Shown piece by piece: positions 26,833 to 40,545 of a stretch of 60,962 nucleotides of DNA. The stretch spans positions 110,753-171,714 of the forward strand of contig PS015452.1 of assembly GCA_048213135.1 (NCBI GenBank). Direction: 5' to 3'. Position numbers and translations under genes: made by a program. A model generated the notes under the pieces. It was not told the DNA's origin. It searched no databases and was given only the letters and a program-made list of their open reading frames with translations. Source of the stretch: Reclinomonas americana ATCC 50394. Taxonomy: Eukaryota. Every line of letters begins with the position of its first letter. Within the stretch, counting starts at the first letter, position 1.

Positions 26833-26905
26833 GCCTCTGTAGTTCATCTGGTAGAATATACGACTGAAGATCGTAAGGTAGCTGGTTCGAGCCCAGCCGG
26901 AGGCA
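26833..26905 (+). tRNA. tRNA-Phe (GAA), copy 2
   Basis: Identical to copy 1, also followed by oligo-T. Confidence 0.95.
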
Positions 26906-27305
26906 TTTTTTGATCGGTGCATGCACCGCTTTTTTTGGTACAAAATCGATCGTGACAATCATGCCTTCTCGTTGTCAGAGAACTCTGAAGCAACGCGCCT
27001 GCAAGCGCTTCGAGGGATGACCTCTGACACGACAGCCGCTCTTTGCTTCCACAAATGCAAGCTCCCCCAAAGGGTGGTCGCAGTCGACAAATTTCTACAA
27101 CTTCGAACACCGGAAACCGAACACCACATCGCACAGCAAGACTTTCTCCTCGTACCTCTCAGCTCACACCATTGAAGCAGCATCTTTCAACGCAGCTCGT
27201 TTGCTTCTGCTGTCTCTGCACACAACTCTGCAGGTTTGCTGAAGACGTCGGCCCCACGTCACGTCCTGCAATCACGTTTCTCCGTCGGTCACCAATCCCC
27301 CACTC

Positions 27306-28924
27306 ATGCGCGCTGTGCTCCTGTGCGCCACCCTTCTCGCACTTCTGTGCACACTCTGCTATGCGGCACCATACGAGCGACCTGTGATCGGCATTCTCAC
27401 CAACCCAGCAGCGACCACCATTGAGCTGCCGCAGCTCGGCGCCACGGGCTTCCTTCCGGCCTCCTATATCAAATGGGTGGAGAGTGCCGGTGCAAGAACC
27501 GTGCCCGTCTATTACGATGCCTCGCAGGAGTCATTGCAGACGCTCTTTCGTTGCGGAACGCACCACAATGCGCATGCGTGATTGATTATGTGTCTCTCAT
27601 GCCATTGTGTGCAGAGAAACTGAATGGACTCGTGATCCCGACCACCAGTGCGTGCAAGCAGTGCCACTCACAGACAGATCCTTACATCATCAGTCTGATC
27701 ATACAGTACATGGTGTTCACAGCGGGTCCGTGGGCAATCGGCACCTACACGAACAGCTTCAAACCGTATCTCACCAACTTGCTCTTCCTGCTGGACCTGG
27801 CCAAGGCCGCCAACGATGCCGGCAATGTGTTTCCGTTGCGTACTATCACGCACGACCACATGAAGATGTGCCGCTCACCTCTCGCAGCGTGTGGGCCGAG
27901 GGCATGGGCTTGTCGTTCCTCGCCTACTGGGCCACGCAGGTGCCGGAGGTGAGCATGTACACGTCGGTGTCCGACATGCCTGTGGCGTTGAACTTTACGG
28001 CATCGGCGGCAACGAGTCGTCTCTTTGGTGGCGCGTCGCCTGCGCTGCTGGACGCCTTCAAGGCCTCCACGAACTATGTCGATGCCTCGTTCGTGGTGAT
28101 GGCGGAGATGTTTGAGAAGCACGCGACGCTGGCGAGTACGTTCAACGTGTTGAGCACCTTTATGCTCACGTCGTCGCAGGTGATGTTTCACTGTGCGTGG
28201 CTTCCATCGTCATGAGTCTGACGTGCGCACAGGTGTTGGTGATGGCCATGGAGGGCAAAACGCTGCCGTTCTACGGCGTGCAGTGGTGGCCGCGCACCAG
28301 CGCGTATGAGTGGGGTCCCAAGCGACGGTAAGCATCGCAGTCACTGCGTCGGACAGCTGTCATGCTGCATGTTGTCGCTTTCTCTTTTTCTCGTGCTCTT
28401 TGCCCTACATAACTCACTTTCTCTTCTTCTGACAGCTGTCGGGATGCATGTTGTCGCTTTCTTACTTTCTCACCACGTAACTCTTTTTTATGTTGTCTTC
28501 CTCTCGCTCTCGCTTCCCCTCCTGCCTTTCTCCTGTCATCGCATATCCCTCCCTCTCTCTTGTCTTCGCCTCCCTCACTCTCCCCCCACACACCAGCTAC
28601 GTGCACTCGGACAGCGCCATAGCCACAGCGCAGTACCTTGCGAGTTGCGTGCCGCCCATTGCCCTCCCGAGCGGCCGCGCACTCACCACCTCATCGTGCA
28701 GACTCGTTCGTCTCCCAGGCACGGCTGTCGGCACAGCGCTTCCCCTCCGACGATGCCGTGTACAACGTCGGATTTATCCAGTGCGTTGCTCCGTTTCCCC
28801 ACACTGTTCCTCACGCGTCGCTCACTGCATCACGCGCAGATTCTGTGCTGCCTCCATGATCGGTCTGTACAGCGGCGCCGACGCATGCTACCTGTTTCCA
28901 CCCACCACCACCACCAATGTATAG
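27306..28924 (+). CDS. Gamma-glutamyl hydrolase (peptidase C26)-like secreted or lysosomal protein, catalytic residues substituted
   Basis: Signal peptide, RPVIGIL, ASYIKWVESAGARTVP, KLNGLVIP, FPVWAEGMG, PFYGVQWWPRT, HSDSAIATAQYLANSFVSQAR. Confidence 0.88.
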
Positions 28925-29009
28925 AATGTTGCAAGCATCATGAAGAATTCGCCTGACATGCTCATTCACCACCACCACCACCTCCTCCTCCACACTCCTT
29001 GTCTACTCC

Positions 29010-31835
29010 TTACTCTGCCAACACATCGACGCCATCGTCCTCGTCGAGATCACCCGCGTCCCCTTCCGGCTCCTCCAGGAAGGAGTTCGGCGGCACCTCA
29101 AACAAGCGCAGCGACGGCTTTTGCGGCTCCTTCAGCAGCAAGTACTTGCCAGGCGGCAGGCGCAGGAATCGGTCAACAAAGAACTGCGACACGACACGGG
29201 CCAATCGATTCAGCAACATAACGCGCACAAAGAGGGAGGGGTAAGAGAGAGGTTTCACAGTACCTGCAGAATGGCAAACGAGTTCTTCAAGTTCAGCGAC
29301 ATTTGTGTGGCGAACTTGATTGGGGTTGTGGAGATGACGCCAAGCGCCACATGATTTGCCGAGTCCTTCATGTTGGTGCGTGTCACATAACTGTGCCATC
29401 ACAGCATTAGCGTCGAGTTCTCACGCAGCGACAACAGCAAGGGGAGCGCATTACAAGGAGACGCAACGCAATCTTCATGACCTCGGCGCCGGCAATAAAG
29501 GCCTCCAATGACGTGCGGGCCAAACGGTACGCATTGTTCTTCAGCTCCGTGATCAGCACATTGCCTGATCAACACAACCCCGTGAGCACAACAATGTTGC
29601 AACAGGAGCGAAAGTATACAGGGAGGGAAGGGAACAAAAGGTGGGTCTCAGTCACTATTCTGAGAAGATCGAATTTTCCTCATCTACGAGATCGGGATTA
29701 GCTTGGCGATCGTATCATCGTCGACCCCCCTGCCTGCCATGATTGCCACCACCACCACCACCACTACAATCGCTCACCTGGCGACGCATCCAGATCCTTG
29801 CGGTAGGTGATGCCGGTGGCCTTGGGGTCGAATTCTTGCAGTGCCTGCGCACGCATGCACCGTCAGAGCATGTACATCTCACACACTCGCACGCACGTAT
29901 GCGAAACGCACCCGAATGATGCAGTGAGCCTTGGCGCCACCCTCCACTGGAATGGTGCCGTCGACGGAACACCGCACAACAATCTTGGCGCTCGACGAAA
30001 TGTCGAATGTGCGGTACTTGAAGACGGTGCTGGAGGTCTCCGATGCATCGCTCGCAAACGGAACCGGATCCAGCTCTGTCGCTTCGTCCTGAGAAATAAT
30101 TGGTGAGCCTCGCGGGAGCGAAAAAAAGATTGGTAACACTCTCTGGGCCGCACTCAACTCTTCTGACGCCCTGCTGGCACAATTCGGCTTGAATGCGCAC
30201 GGCCTCGGCCGCCAGCGCACTGGCGCTGTTGACCAATTCACGTGCATCGTCTTCCGGCGGCGCTGCCGCTGTCTCGCTGATTACCGGAGCGTCTGCGCAA
30301 GTGCCCAGATGTGAGAGTCCGGCGACGCACACTCACTCGAGACGGAGAAATGGACGCACCAAAGCTCGCATAATCACGGACGTCCAGGAACAGCTTGTCG
30401 TCGATGCGATTGATGATAATGTCGAACGAGTTGAGCGAGCGTGGTACCGCCATCAAAGCAGAGATGACCGCGTCGGTGGCAAACACATTTCCCAGATTCT
30501 CCTCGGCCATGCGCAGCAGAATGGGATCATCCGAGGTAGTGACCTGTGTGTGTGTGTGTGCGTGTGAGCGCCAGCAGGACGACACCACCCTCAACTATAC
30601 ACACACACACACCTTGTGGAAGTGCACAGCGGTGGGCTGCAGTGCCACCGGGCGACGCACGTTGATGCTGTCAAAGAAGGCGGTGTCGACAGGTGCCAGT
30701 TGTCCAATCTCCTTGCTGCACGACATCATCAGTCCTCCACTCCCACGCTCCCACTTGCACACACACAGAAACGCAACAGAGTTTCGATCGCGGGCGGCGC
30801 ATTGACGGTCAACTTGGTGAGGGCGGCAAACTGGAACGTATCCTTGGGGATCCAATCCGAGCGAGCCTCCACAGAAGGCCGCTTGAGACCGCGCGCTCCC
30901 ACATCCGGGTTGCGCATGTAGCGACCACCACCAGCACCGCCACGGAACGAACCACCGCGACCACCCTACGTAGAGCCCGAGGAGTGAGACACGCACACGC
31001 ACACACGCACGAACGCAACCCATCGACGCAACTCGCGATCCTGCAGCACCCGAACCACGACCTGCGCACCAGCCTCATCAGTGCCCTCTCCTCCCACATA
31101 CGCTCTCACTCCACACTCACCACGCGCGCCACTCGATCCCGGCTCCACCTCCGCCCCCTGCTGTCCCCCGCCGCGACCGCCACCACGTGCACCCCAGCCT
31201 CCACCACGCGCGGGACCCGACGGACCACCACCACCACCACCACCACGTCCACCACCGCGTCCTCCGCGGAAGCCACCACGGTCGCCACCACGATCACCAC
31301 CGCGGTCGCCGCCACGGTCGCCGCCACGATCACCGCCCATCGATCCACCCAGTGAGCCGAGTGGCTTGGTCGGCGGCTTCACCTCCACCATGTTGAACTG
31401 CTCCTCTGCAGCCGCCGGTTGGAAGAACGACGGCGCCAGTGCCGTAGTCTCACTCGGTCGCTCACGCTGACCGAACGGACGAGCTGAACAATGCGCGTGT
31501 GTGTTAGCAAGACAACAACAACATGTGCACATGTTGGACATGCCCACTCCTCCCTCTCTTTGCACTGTCTCTCTCTCTCTCTCACCATCGCGGCGACGAT
31601 CAAACGGCCGTGTGTTGGTAAAGTCGGAGATCTTGCCGACGCGCACAAACTTGTCAAACGGCTGCAGTGGGAGACCACTCAACACCGAGGCCACAGGCGC
31701 CGGAAGTGTGCTTGATGCTGATGCAGCTGCTGCTCCTACTACTGATGATGATGATGATGCTCCAATGGCAGCTGAGGACAACACCGGGCCCCATCCATCG
31801 GGATTCTCCACAATCAAAGGCAACACAAATGACAT
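29010..31835 (-). CDS. EIF3D: Eukaryotic translation initiation factor 3 subunit D
   Basis: ENPDGWGP, PLQPFDKFVRVGKISDFT, VTTSDDPILL, VFATDAVISALM, SFDIII...KLFLDVRD, ITELKNNAYRLAR, LPPGKYLLLKEPQKPSLRLFEVP and an acidic tail. Confidence 0.95.
29643..29728 (-). ncRNA. Putative intronic box C/D snoRNA in an unusually long eIF3d intron
   Basis: Minus strand: terminal stem GGGTC/GACCC, box C-like ACGATGA, D' CCGA, C'-like AGATGA, box D CTGA. Host intron is about 210 nt versus the usual 60-80 nt. Confidence 0.65.
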
Positions 31836-32135
31836 GCTTGGTGTGACCTATTTTCGGCGCCAGTGATTGTCAGTGAATGCTCACACGAACACATGCACAA
31901 TGCACACAAGCACACACACAAAAAGGCGCCAATGTGCTCTTGCCTCAACTTCTGTTGTGTGATTGCGCGTTGGACAATCCGGACAATGCGAGCACAGCAA
32001 ACCCTCACACTCAACACACACTTCCACCCTTTGCGCGGACTATCTCCTGTCACACGCAGTCTGCCTGTCTGTGTGTGTGTCTGTGCTGTGGTGCATTCGT
32101 TGGTGTCAGAACGCGTCTTTTGGGGCGGTCTGTGA

Positions 32136-35100
32136 ATGAACATGGAGGAGGCATTGGAGACTTTGGTCGGGATGGGTTTCCACCCGGACTCTGTGCGGCA
32201 GGCACTGGAGGTACTGTACACAGAGAGGCACGCGCAGTGTATGTGCGTGAGAGAAAGAGAGAGAGAGACAACACCTAACAACAACATGCATCACATGGTA
32301 TTCACCCGAACTCTCTTCTTCTGTTGTCGGTGTATGTGCGGACAACAGCACACATGCACACTCTGCAAGAGAAGAAAGAGGCAGTGACATACAGAGAGAG
32401 AGAGACATTTTGGCAAAGGTTGTTGTCCACTGACTGTGTGCTTTTGTTGCAGGCCTCGGGGGGAAACATGGAGCGTGCGATTGAGGTGTTGCTGACTGCA
32501 GTTGCGTTCTTCCTCCCGCGCATGTGCACAGGAACAGTCAAGGGTGCTGACATGTGTGTGTGCGGTGCAGCCTCCGCACTTTGCGCGACCGGCCTCGCCT
32601 GCTAGAGAACGAGGTGAGAGGCAGCTTGTCACACACACACACGCACGCACACACGTGGCATTGCGATGACACCGTTCCCCCCGATCCTTGTTGCAGCTCC
32701 GTCGGTGGCGTCGGAGCCGTCTGACGAGGAGCACGTGGATCTGTTTGATGGACCTTTGGGATCGTCGTTTGGTCGTCTGGATTCGTCGCTGGATGGTGCC
32801 GGTTCGGCGTCGTCTCCGAGTGTTGGTGGTGCATCTGGACGCTCGGCAGTGCGCTCGGCGGCCGACAAGTTGCTGGATGAGGCCGATGTGGACGAGGAGG
32901 AGGCGGGGAGTGTGGTTGGCGATGAGGTTGGTGGTCGTGATACTGCGCTCCTCCTTCTCGACTCAACTCACTCACTCTGCATCACACCCAGGACGCGATG
33001 TCGGTCGATGGCGATGGCGACAGTGAACGCCGCGTCGTGTACGCCCTGCGTGAGCTGAACTGGATTGCGGCCTACCTGTTTGAGCGTATCCGTTCGCGGG
33101 ATGGTGCGGCCGCCGAGTTGCACAGCCAGCTGCTCGCCAGCACCGGCAATCTGCAGGAGCACGCGGCTTGCATTCAGTCGTCCATGGTGGCTGAGCTGGT
33201 GGCCTGCAGTCAGTTGGCCAATGTTGCGCTCTGCTCCGCGCACCGCCTCCCTCGTCTGCTGTGTGTGCGACTCATGCGACGGCTGTGTAGGAAACGCTCA
33301 ACATTCCCGGCGAGCTCGTGGCCGATGCGCCGGGTCCGAGCAGCTCGATCGACAAGCAGTCGTCCAGTGTGCTGGATGGTGTTGTCAAGATCATGGTGAA
33401 GCCGCTGATGGAGGAGATTCTGTCAAAGCAAGTGGCTGGCCAACCGACGTCGCCACTCAGTGCGGCCACGGCCGAGAGCGAGTTTGTGGAGTCTCGTGTG
33501 CAGCCACTGATTCGCACAATTTTTGACGTGATTGGCGATCTGTCGCACATGGAATCGCTGGCCGGTGCGTGTGTGTATGTGTGCATGCATTGTGTGCGTG
33601 CGACTCGTGCATGTCTCATTTGTGGTCGTCGTGTAGACTTCCTCGACACACTGTTTGATCTGCCGATGATCAACTCGGAGGAGCTGGTGTGGATTGCTCT
33701 GAAGCTGTGCCAGAATTGGAAGTCGCCGCAAGTTGCGATAGATGCGTGTGCGCATGTCTGTGTGTACACAGCTAACGGTAGTCGATGTGTAGGTGTTGCT
33801 GAAGGCGCTGAGCCACCTGCTGCGTCGTGTGCAAATGCCGTTGAAGCACCTGCGCTGGCAGCGTCTGGTGAATTGCTACAACAATGTGCCGCACGGCCGG
33901 GAATACGTGGCCTCGCCACTGACGACTGGCATCACCAAGGTGCAACACTTCCTCAACACTGGCCGTCTGTCGCACGGCGCCATTGCCAGTGTTGGTGCGT
34001 CTCGTATTTTTCCGCCCCCTTCGTTCGTGTCTGCCCCCCCTGACGCCCTCGTGACAGATGGTCTCGTGTTCGTGTTGCTGTTCGAGCCGGATCCCGGTCG
34101 TCCCGCCGAGTTGGTGGCGCTCGACATTGGTGCCGGCGGGTGCTCCATGAACGAACTGACTCGTCGTCCGTTGCCGTCCGTGTCACGCAACCGTTGCGTT
34201 GTCGTCGATTGAGAGATTTTGGTATGCGCCTCTCATGCTGTGCGCCCTCAGACACCTTCCTGTCGCTGGCGGTCATTGGCAAGGCGCTGTGCGTCGTGTC
34301 GCGTGTGGAGGGCGCTGCGGCTGATGTTGTCGGACGAGCGCAGTTCATCAATCCGACCACGCTGCAGGTGTGTGTGTTTTGTATCTCGGCCAAGTCTCGG
34401 CGATCCTTTTTCTGACTGTAACTTGGCATTGAAAAAAATGCAGTCTGTGGGTGCCGAGATCACCTTCGCGAGTCCACTGCTGGCCGACATTCGCGCCAGC
34501 GTGGCAGTCGGTGGCAGTGGAAACACGCTGCATGTGGTGGCTGCGCGTCCAGTGCGTGCCGATGAAGCCCGCTTTGTGAATTTGGTGCGGTCGACCGATC
34601 CAACTGCCGTCGGCCTGTTCACCGACACGGTGGTGTACGACGAGGCTGCCGGCCACTTTACCGCCGGTACTGTGGAGGCGCGGTTGGTGAGTGAGTGATG
34701 TGATGTGAGAAGGAAGGAAGGAGAGACAGTTGCAGAACTGTGATCACTCACAATAATAACTGTGCAGGCCGACCCGGCAAATGTCCCCGGATCGCTTTAC
34801 AGTGCGTCACTGCACGTGCGCAGTGATGGTGGTGTGTCGGTGCAAGGCCGCGCTGGCAACACCACCGAGGCCTGGGAGACATACGACTGCGTGCCAGCAA
34901 ATCAGCACGCTTCGCCATCAAAACCCGCTCCTGGTCCGTTTTCAAGCTGCGCGGGCGAGCAGGCGTGGATCACGTGGGCGTACTACGTCGATCAGCGCCT
35001 GATTGTGCAGAAGCAGATGCAAAACGCTCTGCAGATGAACGTGAATGGAGCGCTGCAGCGCGCTGAGCGACTCGAGTCGCTGACACCCTCGCAGCCGCTT

Positions 35101-38100
35101 GTCATGGCAGCGCAAATCATCAACGGCATCTCTCTGGTCAAGGTCGGTGGCGGTGATGCTTTCCGTGAACGTGTGTCACGGATGCTGACTCGATTCCGGG
35201 TTTGCCTGCACAGAATGTTCGCCAGTGTGCTCAGGCCGTTCCGTTTGTGAAGAATCTCTTGGCGTTCCTCGTTCAGCTGCACCAGCAAATGCTGAACGGC
35301 AAGGCTCCTGGTTCGCCGCATGTCACGCGCTCTCCCTCTTCTGTCACCGCTGTTCTCATTATTTTCCGTCCTCGCGTTCAGACCGTGCTGATGTGTTGCT
35401 GGAGGTGCTGGCCGGCGAGTGCTTCTCGTTTGTGGACCTGCTGCTGGCGGAGCGCGAAGTGCTGAACAGTCCGATTGCCGCATCGAGTTGCGCTCGAGAT
35501 GTTTGCGTCCTTCGTTCTGGTGGCTTTTTCATGCTGACACTCTTGTGTCTGTGATGCAGGCAATGAGCAGCTGAGCGAGTTGTGGTCGCTGTTGGAGCAG
35601 CTGGAAAACGAATTCCGCCACGACACGTCTTCTGTCGACAAGAGTCTCTGTGGTGTCTCCGCCAATCTGCGGTACCGGCTGTACGGTCTCACGCTGTCGG
35701 CCGATCAAGTGGTGGCACAGATCCGTGCAGCATGCGCCGACTCGGCCACCGAGGAAGAGAAGACAAACTTGCTCGTCTCGCTGCAGTGCACCACCATCAA
35801 CAACCTGGCACTTGCACGCCTCGTGCTGGATGTTGCGTGGTGGTGAGCAGTGTTTTTTCGCATCCACTCGCGTCACTGACGGCGTGCGCTGCAGGAGGCC
35901 AAGGACGACGATGTGTTGTCGCTGATGCTGCAGCTCGCCGAGGATCACGCGGCCGACCGCTCATCGCCATTCAAATCCGAGGTTCTGCGGTCGCTCACGG
36001 CCATGGTCGTCAGTGCACTGCTCGGTGCCGTGTCGCCCGAGTTGCACTCCACGGCGATCGCCAGCATCAGCAGCCGTCTGCTCAAGTCATTGGTGCGCTG
36101 CGCTCCTTCCTGCCCCGTCCAGCACCGCCTCTCATCATTTCTCTCTCTTCTTCATGGTGTCCAGTCTGCGTCCTCTTCGCGCACACCTGTGCAGCAGCGC
36201 CGCCTGACCATATCGCTGTGCCCGCTGTTCGATGCGCTCTCGTCGTTCGTGTTGGCGCAGTTGCCGGCACTCTCCGACCTGCTTCCGTCGCCCACAGTAG
36301 TGCGTGTGTGTGTCTGTCGCGTGTGAGTTGTTGTTGTTTTGCTCACTCTCGCTTGCTGTCTCTGCGTGCAGTTTCCGTACCGACCGGCTGCCGTCGATGC
36401 GGCCGATGTACAGCTCTCTTGCGGTCTGCTCAGCACGTTGGTGCAGGTGTACGCGCTGATTGCGGACCAAGATGTGGCGGCGCCAGAGCTGACAGGGTGC
36501 GTGTGGAGCTGGTGTGTGAGTAGTTCCGCCGCTGAGTGCATGACGTGTTTGTGCGTGTGTTCTGTGCAGCACGGCGGAGCGTATTTTGCCCATTGCCATT
36601 TTCTCGCTGCCGCTCTCTGTGCTGGCCAAACTGTGGAATTGCATTCTTGTTGGCTCGTGCGTGCTGCTGCTGGCCAACCGTGGACGCGGCAGTTCGGACC
36701 TATCTGCCCCAGCAGCGTGCGCCGCGGCTCTCAGGTGCGTCTTGTATTGCACGACAACACAGATCAGCGCATTGTATTCACATGTGTGACGCTGCGCAGC
36801 GCGGTGCACACTGTCTTCGAGCGCCTCGTGTCGTACGACGCCGAGGAGGGTGAGGTGGCAGAGAACCGTGTGCAGATTCTCGCACTTTTGCAGGCGGTAC
36901 TTGTGCGCCGGTTGCTCGCCAGTGGCGTGGCCGTGGAAAGCGATGGTGCGCAGTGTCATCTTTTTTCTGTCTTGTGTGTTCATTACGTCTTTGACTCACA
37001 TGTGGTGGTATGGCAACTCAGCCGCCGCTGGAACGCAGCGAGTGACGCGGCTGAACCCGTCGTGGTCACTGGCCTCGTCGCTCTCGCAGGGCGGTGGTTT
37101 CACGGACGCCGATCGTGCCGCTGTTTCGCATCAATTGCTGCAACTGGTTGAGCTGACGGTGCCACTGGCTCACGTTCCGGTGCGTTGTTGTCTCTTACAC
37201 CTCTCCTCTCCGCCATTGTTCATATGACTGTGCTGATGATGCTTGTCGTGTGCGCTGAGGGCAGTCGTTGCACGGATACTTGGCGGTGCTGTGGAGCCTG
37301 ACGTTTGAGTTCCACGGACACGAGCGGCTGATCTTGGCAATTCAGCGTCTCAACTCGTCCACGAGCGACAGCCTGCTGCAACTCTACGCCGTGGCAGCCG
37401 TTAGCACAAGCTCTTCCGAATCCGTTGCGTGTGTCCTCCTCCTCCTCATCTCACCGTTTGGTGGTTAATGCTCATATCGCACGCAGAGCACGGTGATTGA
37501 TGCTCTTGCACGCCTCATGACGGAGACTGGAGAGCAGTTGCTGTCGGAGGCCCGCTCGTTTCGTCGCAACGACGGCTCTTCTGTGATTGTGGTTGGTGCT
37601 GATTTCGTGTGTGATTGTGTGCACGCTGATTAGAGGCTCGGTGTCGGCGCCTGGCGAGAATCTGTTGATGGAGTTGGTGTGGTTGCTGGACTTGCTGGCG
37701 GTGTCTCCTACGCGACGCCTGCACTCGGTGGCATCGGTCACCGACCCTGCATTCATGGCCCTCCTTGCCGATGTTGCGTGTGTGTGTGTGCACGTGGTGG
37801 GCGCTCGCACTCTCACTCACCCGAGTTGTACATGCAGCTTGCACGATGCGAGACTGTGCGGCAGAGTGTTGCCGAGGGCTGCCTCTCGCTCCTGCTCAAG
37901 ATGCTGCCGCTGTACGGACCGCGCGATGTACAATCGTGGGATGTTGCGTCGTTTTGTGTGTGTTCGTACTCGTGGTTGTGTCACTCCTCCGCGTTGCTCA
38001 CGATCCCCGGTCGTCTCGCAGCGCGACATTGTGTGCGAATTCGTCAACCAAGCTAATGAGTCATCGGAAGCCGGAGTGGAGATTGCTCTCCGTGAGCACG

Positions 38101-40458
38101 AGGAGAACGCACGAGAGCGCGATGGCAAGATTCTCGACATTCACGAACGCACCGTGGTGCAGTTTGAGCGCCCCAATCGGTCACTCAGCATGTTGCAGTC
38201 GGCGCTGAAGCGCCACGGCAAGACTCCAGTGTCGCGGGTTGCGTTGACGTCGTGCTGATCAGCCACACCTACATTGTCGTTGCTCACTTGCACGTGCAGA
38301 GTATCCCCTCGGCGGTCTCCGCCGCTGCCGGAGCGCACATGCATCCGGAGAAGTTGTGTGTTGTCTTCCCATTATTTTTTGCAATGTGGACTGTATTTGA
38401 CAATTGAGCTCTGCAGGAAAAAGGCCGCAGTGCGTGCCACCTCACGTGCCGTGCGACTCATTCAGAGTCTGTGCTCGGCGTCGCCGAATTGGAGGTTTGG
38501 CGTGAGCGTTGCTAGTCTGTTGAAGTAGTTGATGGTCACTGACGCTGTTTTCCCTCTGCGCGCAGTGACTACTTCCTCAGTCGCGTGATCGGCAGCGACA
38601 TGCATGTGATTGGTACGTGTCGCGTTTGATGTCGCACGTCGTGCAGTTAATGACACAATGTCTCCGTAGACTGCCAGCGCGACCTCATTCTCCGCTCATT
38701 GTCGGGTTCGTTGATTCCCCTTTCATGGCACTCTTCTTGGTATGTTAGATGTTGACTGTCTCACACCAACACAGATCCGTGGCATGTAGTCCGCGGCGAC
38801 ACCGTCAACGGACTTGTCATTGTGAGTCCGCACCGCGGTCTGGTGTGCCCTGAACCAACAAACACCAAGGTTTGTGTGTGTGTTTGTGTTTGTGTGTGGC
38901 GCCACACTGTCTCATGGTGCTCCGCCAGATCCCGGCCGCGGTGGTGCACGAGGGTGCCAAGCTGACCGGTGGGCCACTGCGTGTGCAATGCGGTCCGAGC
39001 ACCATCAGCCGCCTCAGTGCCAGTGTCGCCGCTCTGGTGCAGGCGCCCGAGTCGCTCGGCATGGAAGGTGCGCGATTTGTGTGTGTGTGTGTGTGCACGG
39101 TTATATGGATGAGAAAAGAGTCACTGATCATCGTTTTTTAAATCGTACACAACAGCCTTGCAACTGGAGTCGCTGCTGCAGCAGGCCAAGATGATTGCAT
39201 CCAACGCAGTGTCGGCTGAGTGCCTGCCGTCGGCGCCCGAGTACACCATCTCCGAGGGTGGTCGTCGCGTCGAGTTTGCTGGCGAGTTGCGTTTACCATT
39301 CCACGTGTGTGCGCACTTGTGCTTTAGCCAGCTCTTGATATTCAAAATGGTCGCGTCATTGGCAAATGTAGGTTCCCCAACTCGCTGCTCGCACCGGCGT
39401 TTGTGGGCGACGTGCGCAGCGGCGAAACGCCATTTTACTTTGAGATGGACGTGTACTTTTGTGGTGACGGGTTAGTTTTTTGTGTGCGTGGAGGCGCTTT
39501 GTGTAAGCAGTATGGTAACAACTTCATGACGCGCCGTGCAGTGAGTCGATTCCGACCTTCCTCAAGGTGCCGGAGATCGATCCGGCAGCACCACCGATTT
39601 GGGAACAGCGTGCCTTCCATCGCACGGTCGATGTCGCTCGACGACCTGGCAGCGAGTGGTGCATTGTGGATCGCGACTGGATGACCAAGTACCTGGAGTA
39701 CGTCGACATTGACAAGCCAGTGGAGGAGGAAGAGCCGCCGGCCAGTGCGTTCATTGTCGAGCTTTCCTATCCCGTTGCCTTCCACCCATTTGTTATCGTC
39801 TGCGCCGCAGATCAATGGCCTGGCAACTTCAACTCGACGACTCTGCTGGTGGACCCGTCGGATCCTGGACGGCTGAAACCCGATCTGGAGATCGGCAAGC
39901 AGGTGGTCGAGGTACCGCGTGCCGTGTGGCGCAAGTTGGTTGACTGGTGCGGCTCGCACGACACGCACACTTCTTCTTCTTCTTCTTCGTCTTCTGCATG
40001 CTGACTGAGGAGAGCACACCACAGGAAACTGGTCGAAGGTCCGGCAATCATCCGCGAGATTGTGCAGACACAGTCGGGCGACATGTGCATCGATCTCTTC
40101 CCGCTACTGATCCCGTGTGGCATGTTCCGCTTTGATGGCATGCTGGAGCTGCGCTGGTCGCAGTGGTCGGTGGTGGAGGCCGTCAAGACCGAGGTGCGGT
40201 TGCCTTGTGCTGAGTGTCCGCTGAGCTGTGCGCAATTGTGCACTGAAGATCAATGTTGGTGGGGGAGCAGATTGCCAGCATGTTCTTGCCGCAGCCAAAG
40301 CGCTCGGATCAGCTGCGCCTGTGGTCATTCATCGGCTCTGAGCCTCTCTGGCTTCTCCGCCACGACAAGAAGACTCTCGGTGACTACCGTGTGCAGCCGG
40401 AGCACAGTTTGGTGGTGGAAGTGCAGGCGGCCAATGGATCGTGGCCCATCAAGGAACC

Positions 40459-40545
<87 letters not shown>

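Larger units (their letters stand above)
26421..27095 (+). repeat. Tandem duplication with 359-bp period, each unit carrying a tRNA-Phe
   Basis: Units start at 26421 and 26780. Leader and tRNA are identical; downstream flanks are similar but diverged. Confidence 0.92.

Noticed and set aside
30838-30845. GTATCCTT U12-like donor motif (also GTATCCTC at 55981)
   Set aside because: The first is antisense within eIF3d coding sequence; the second lacks a U12 branch site.
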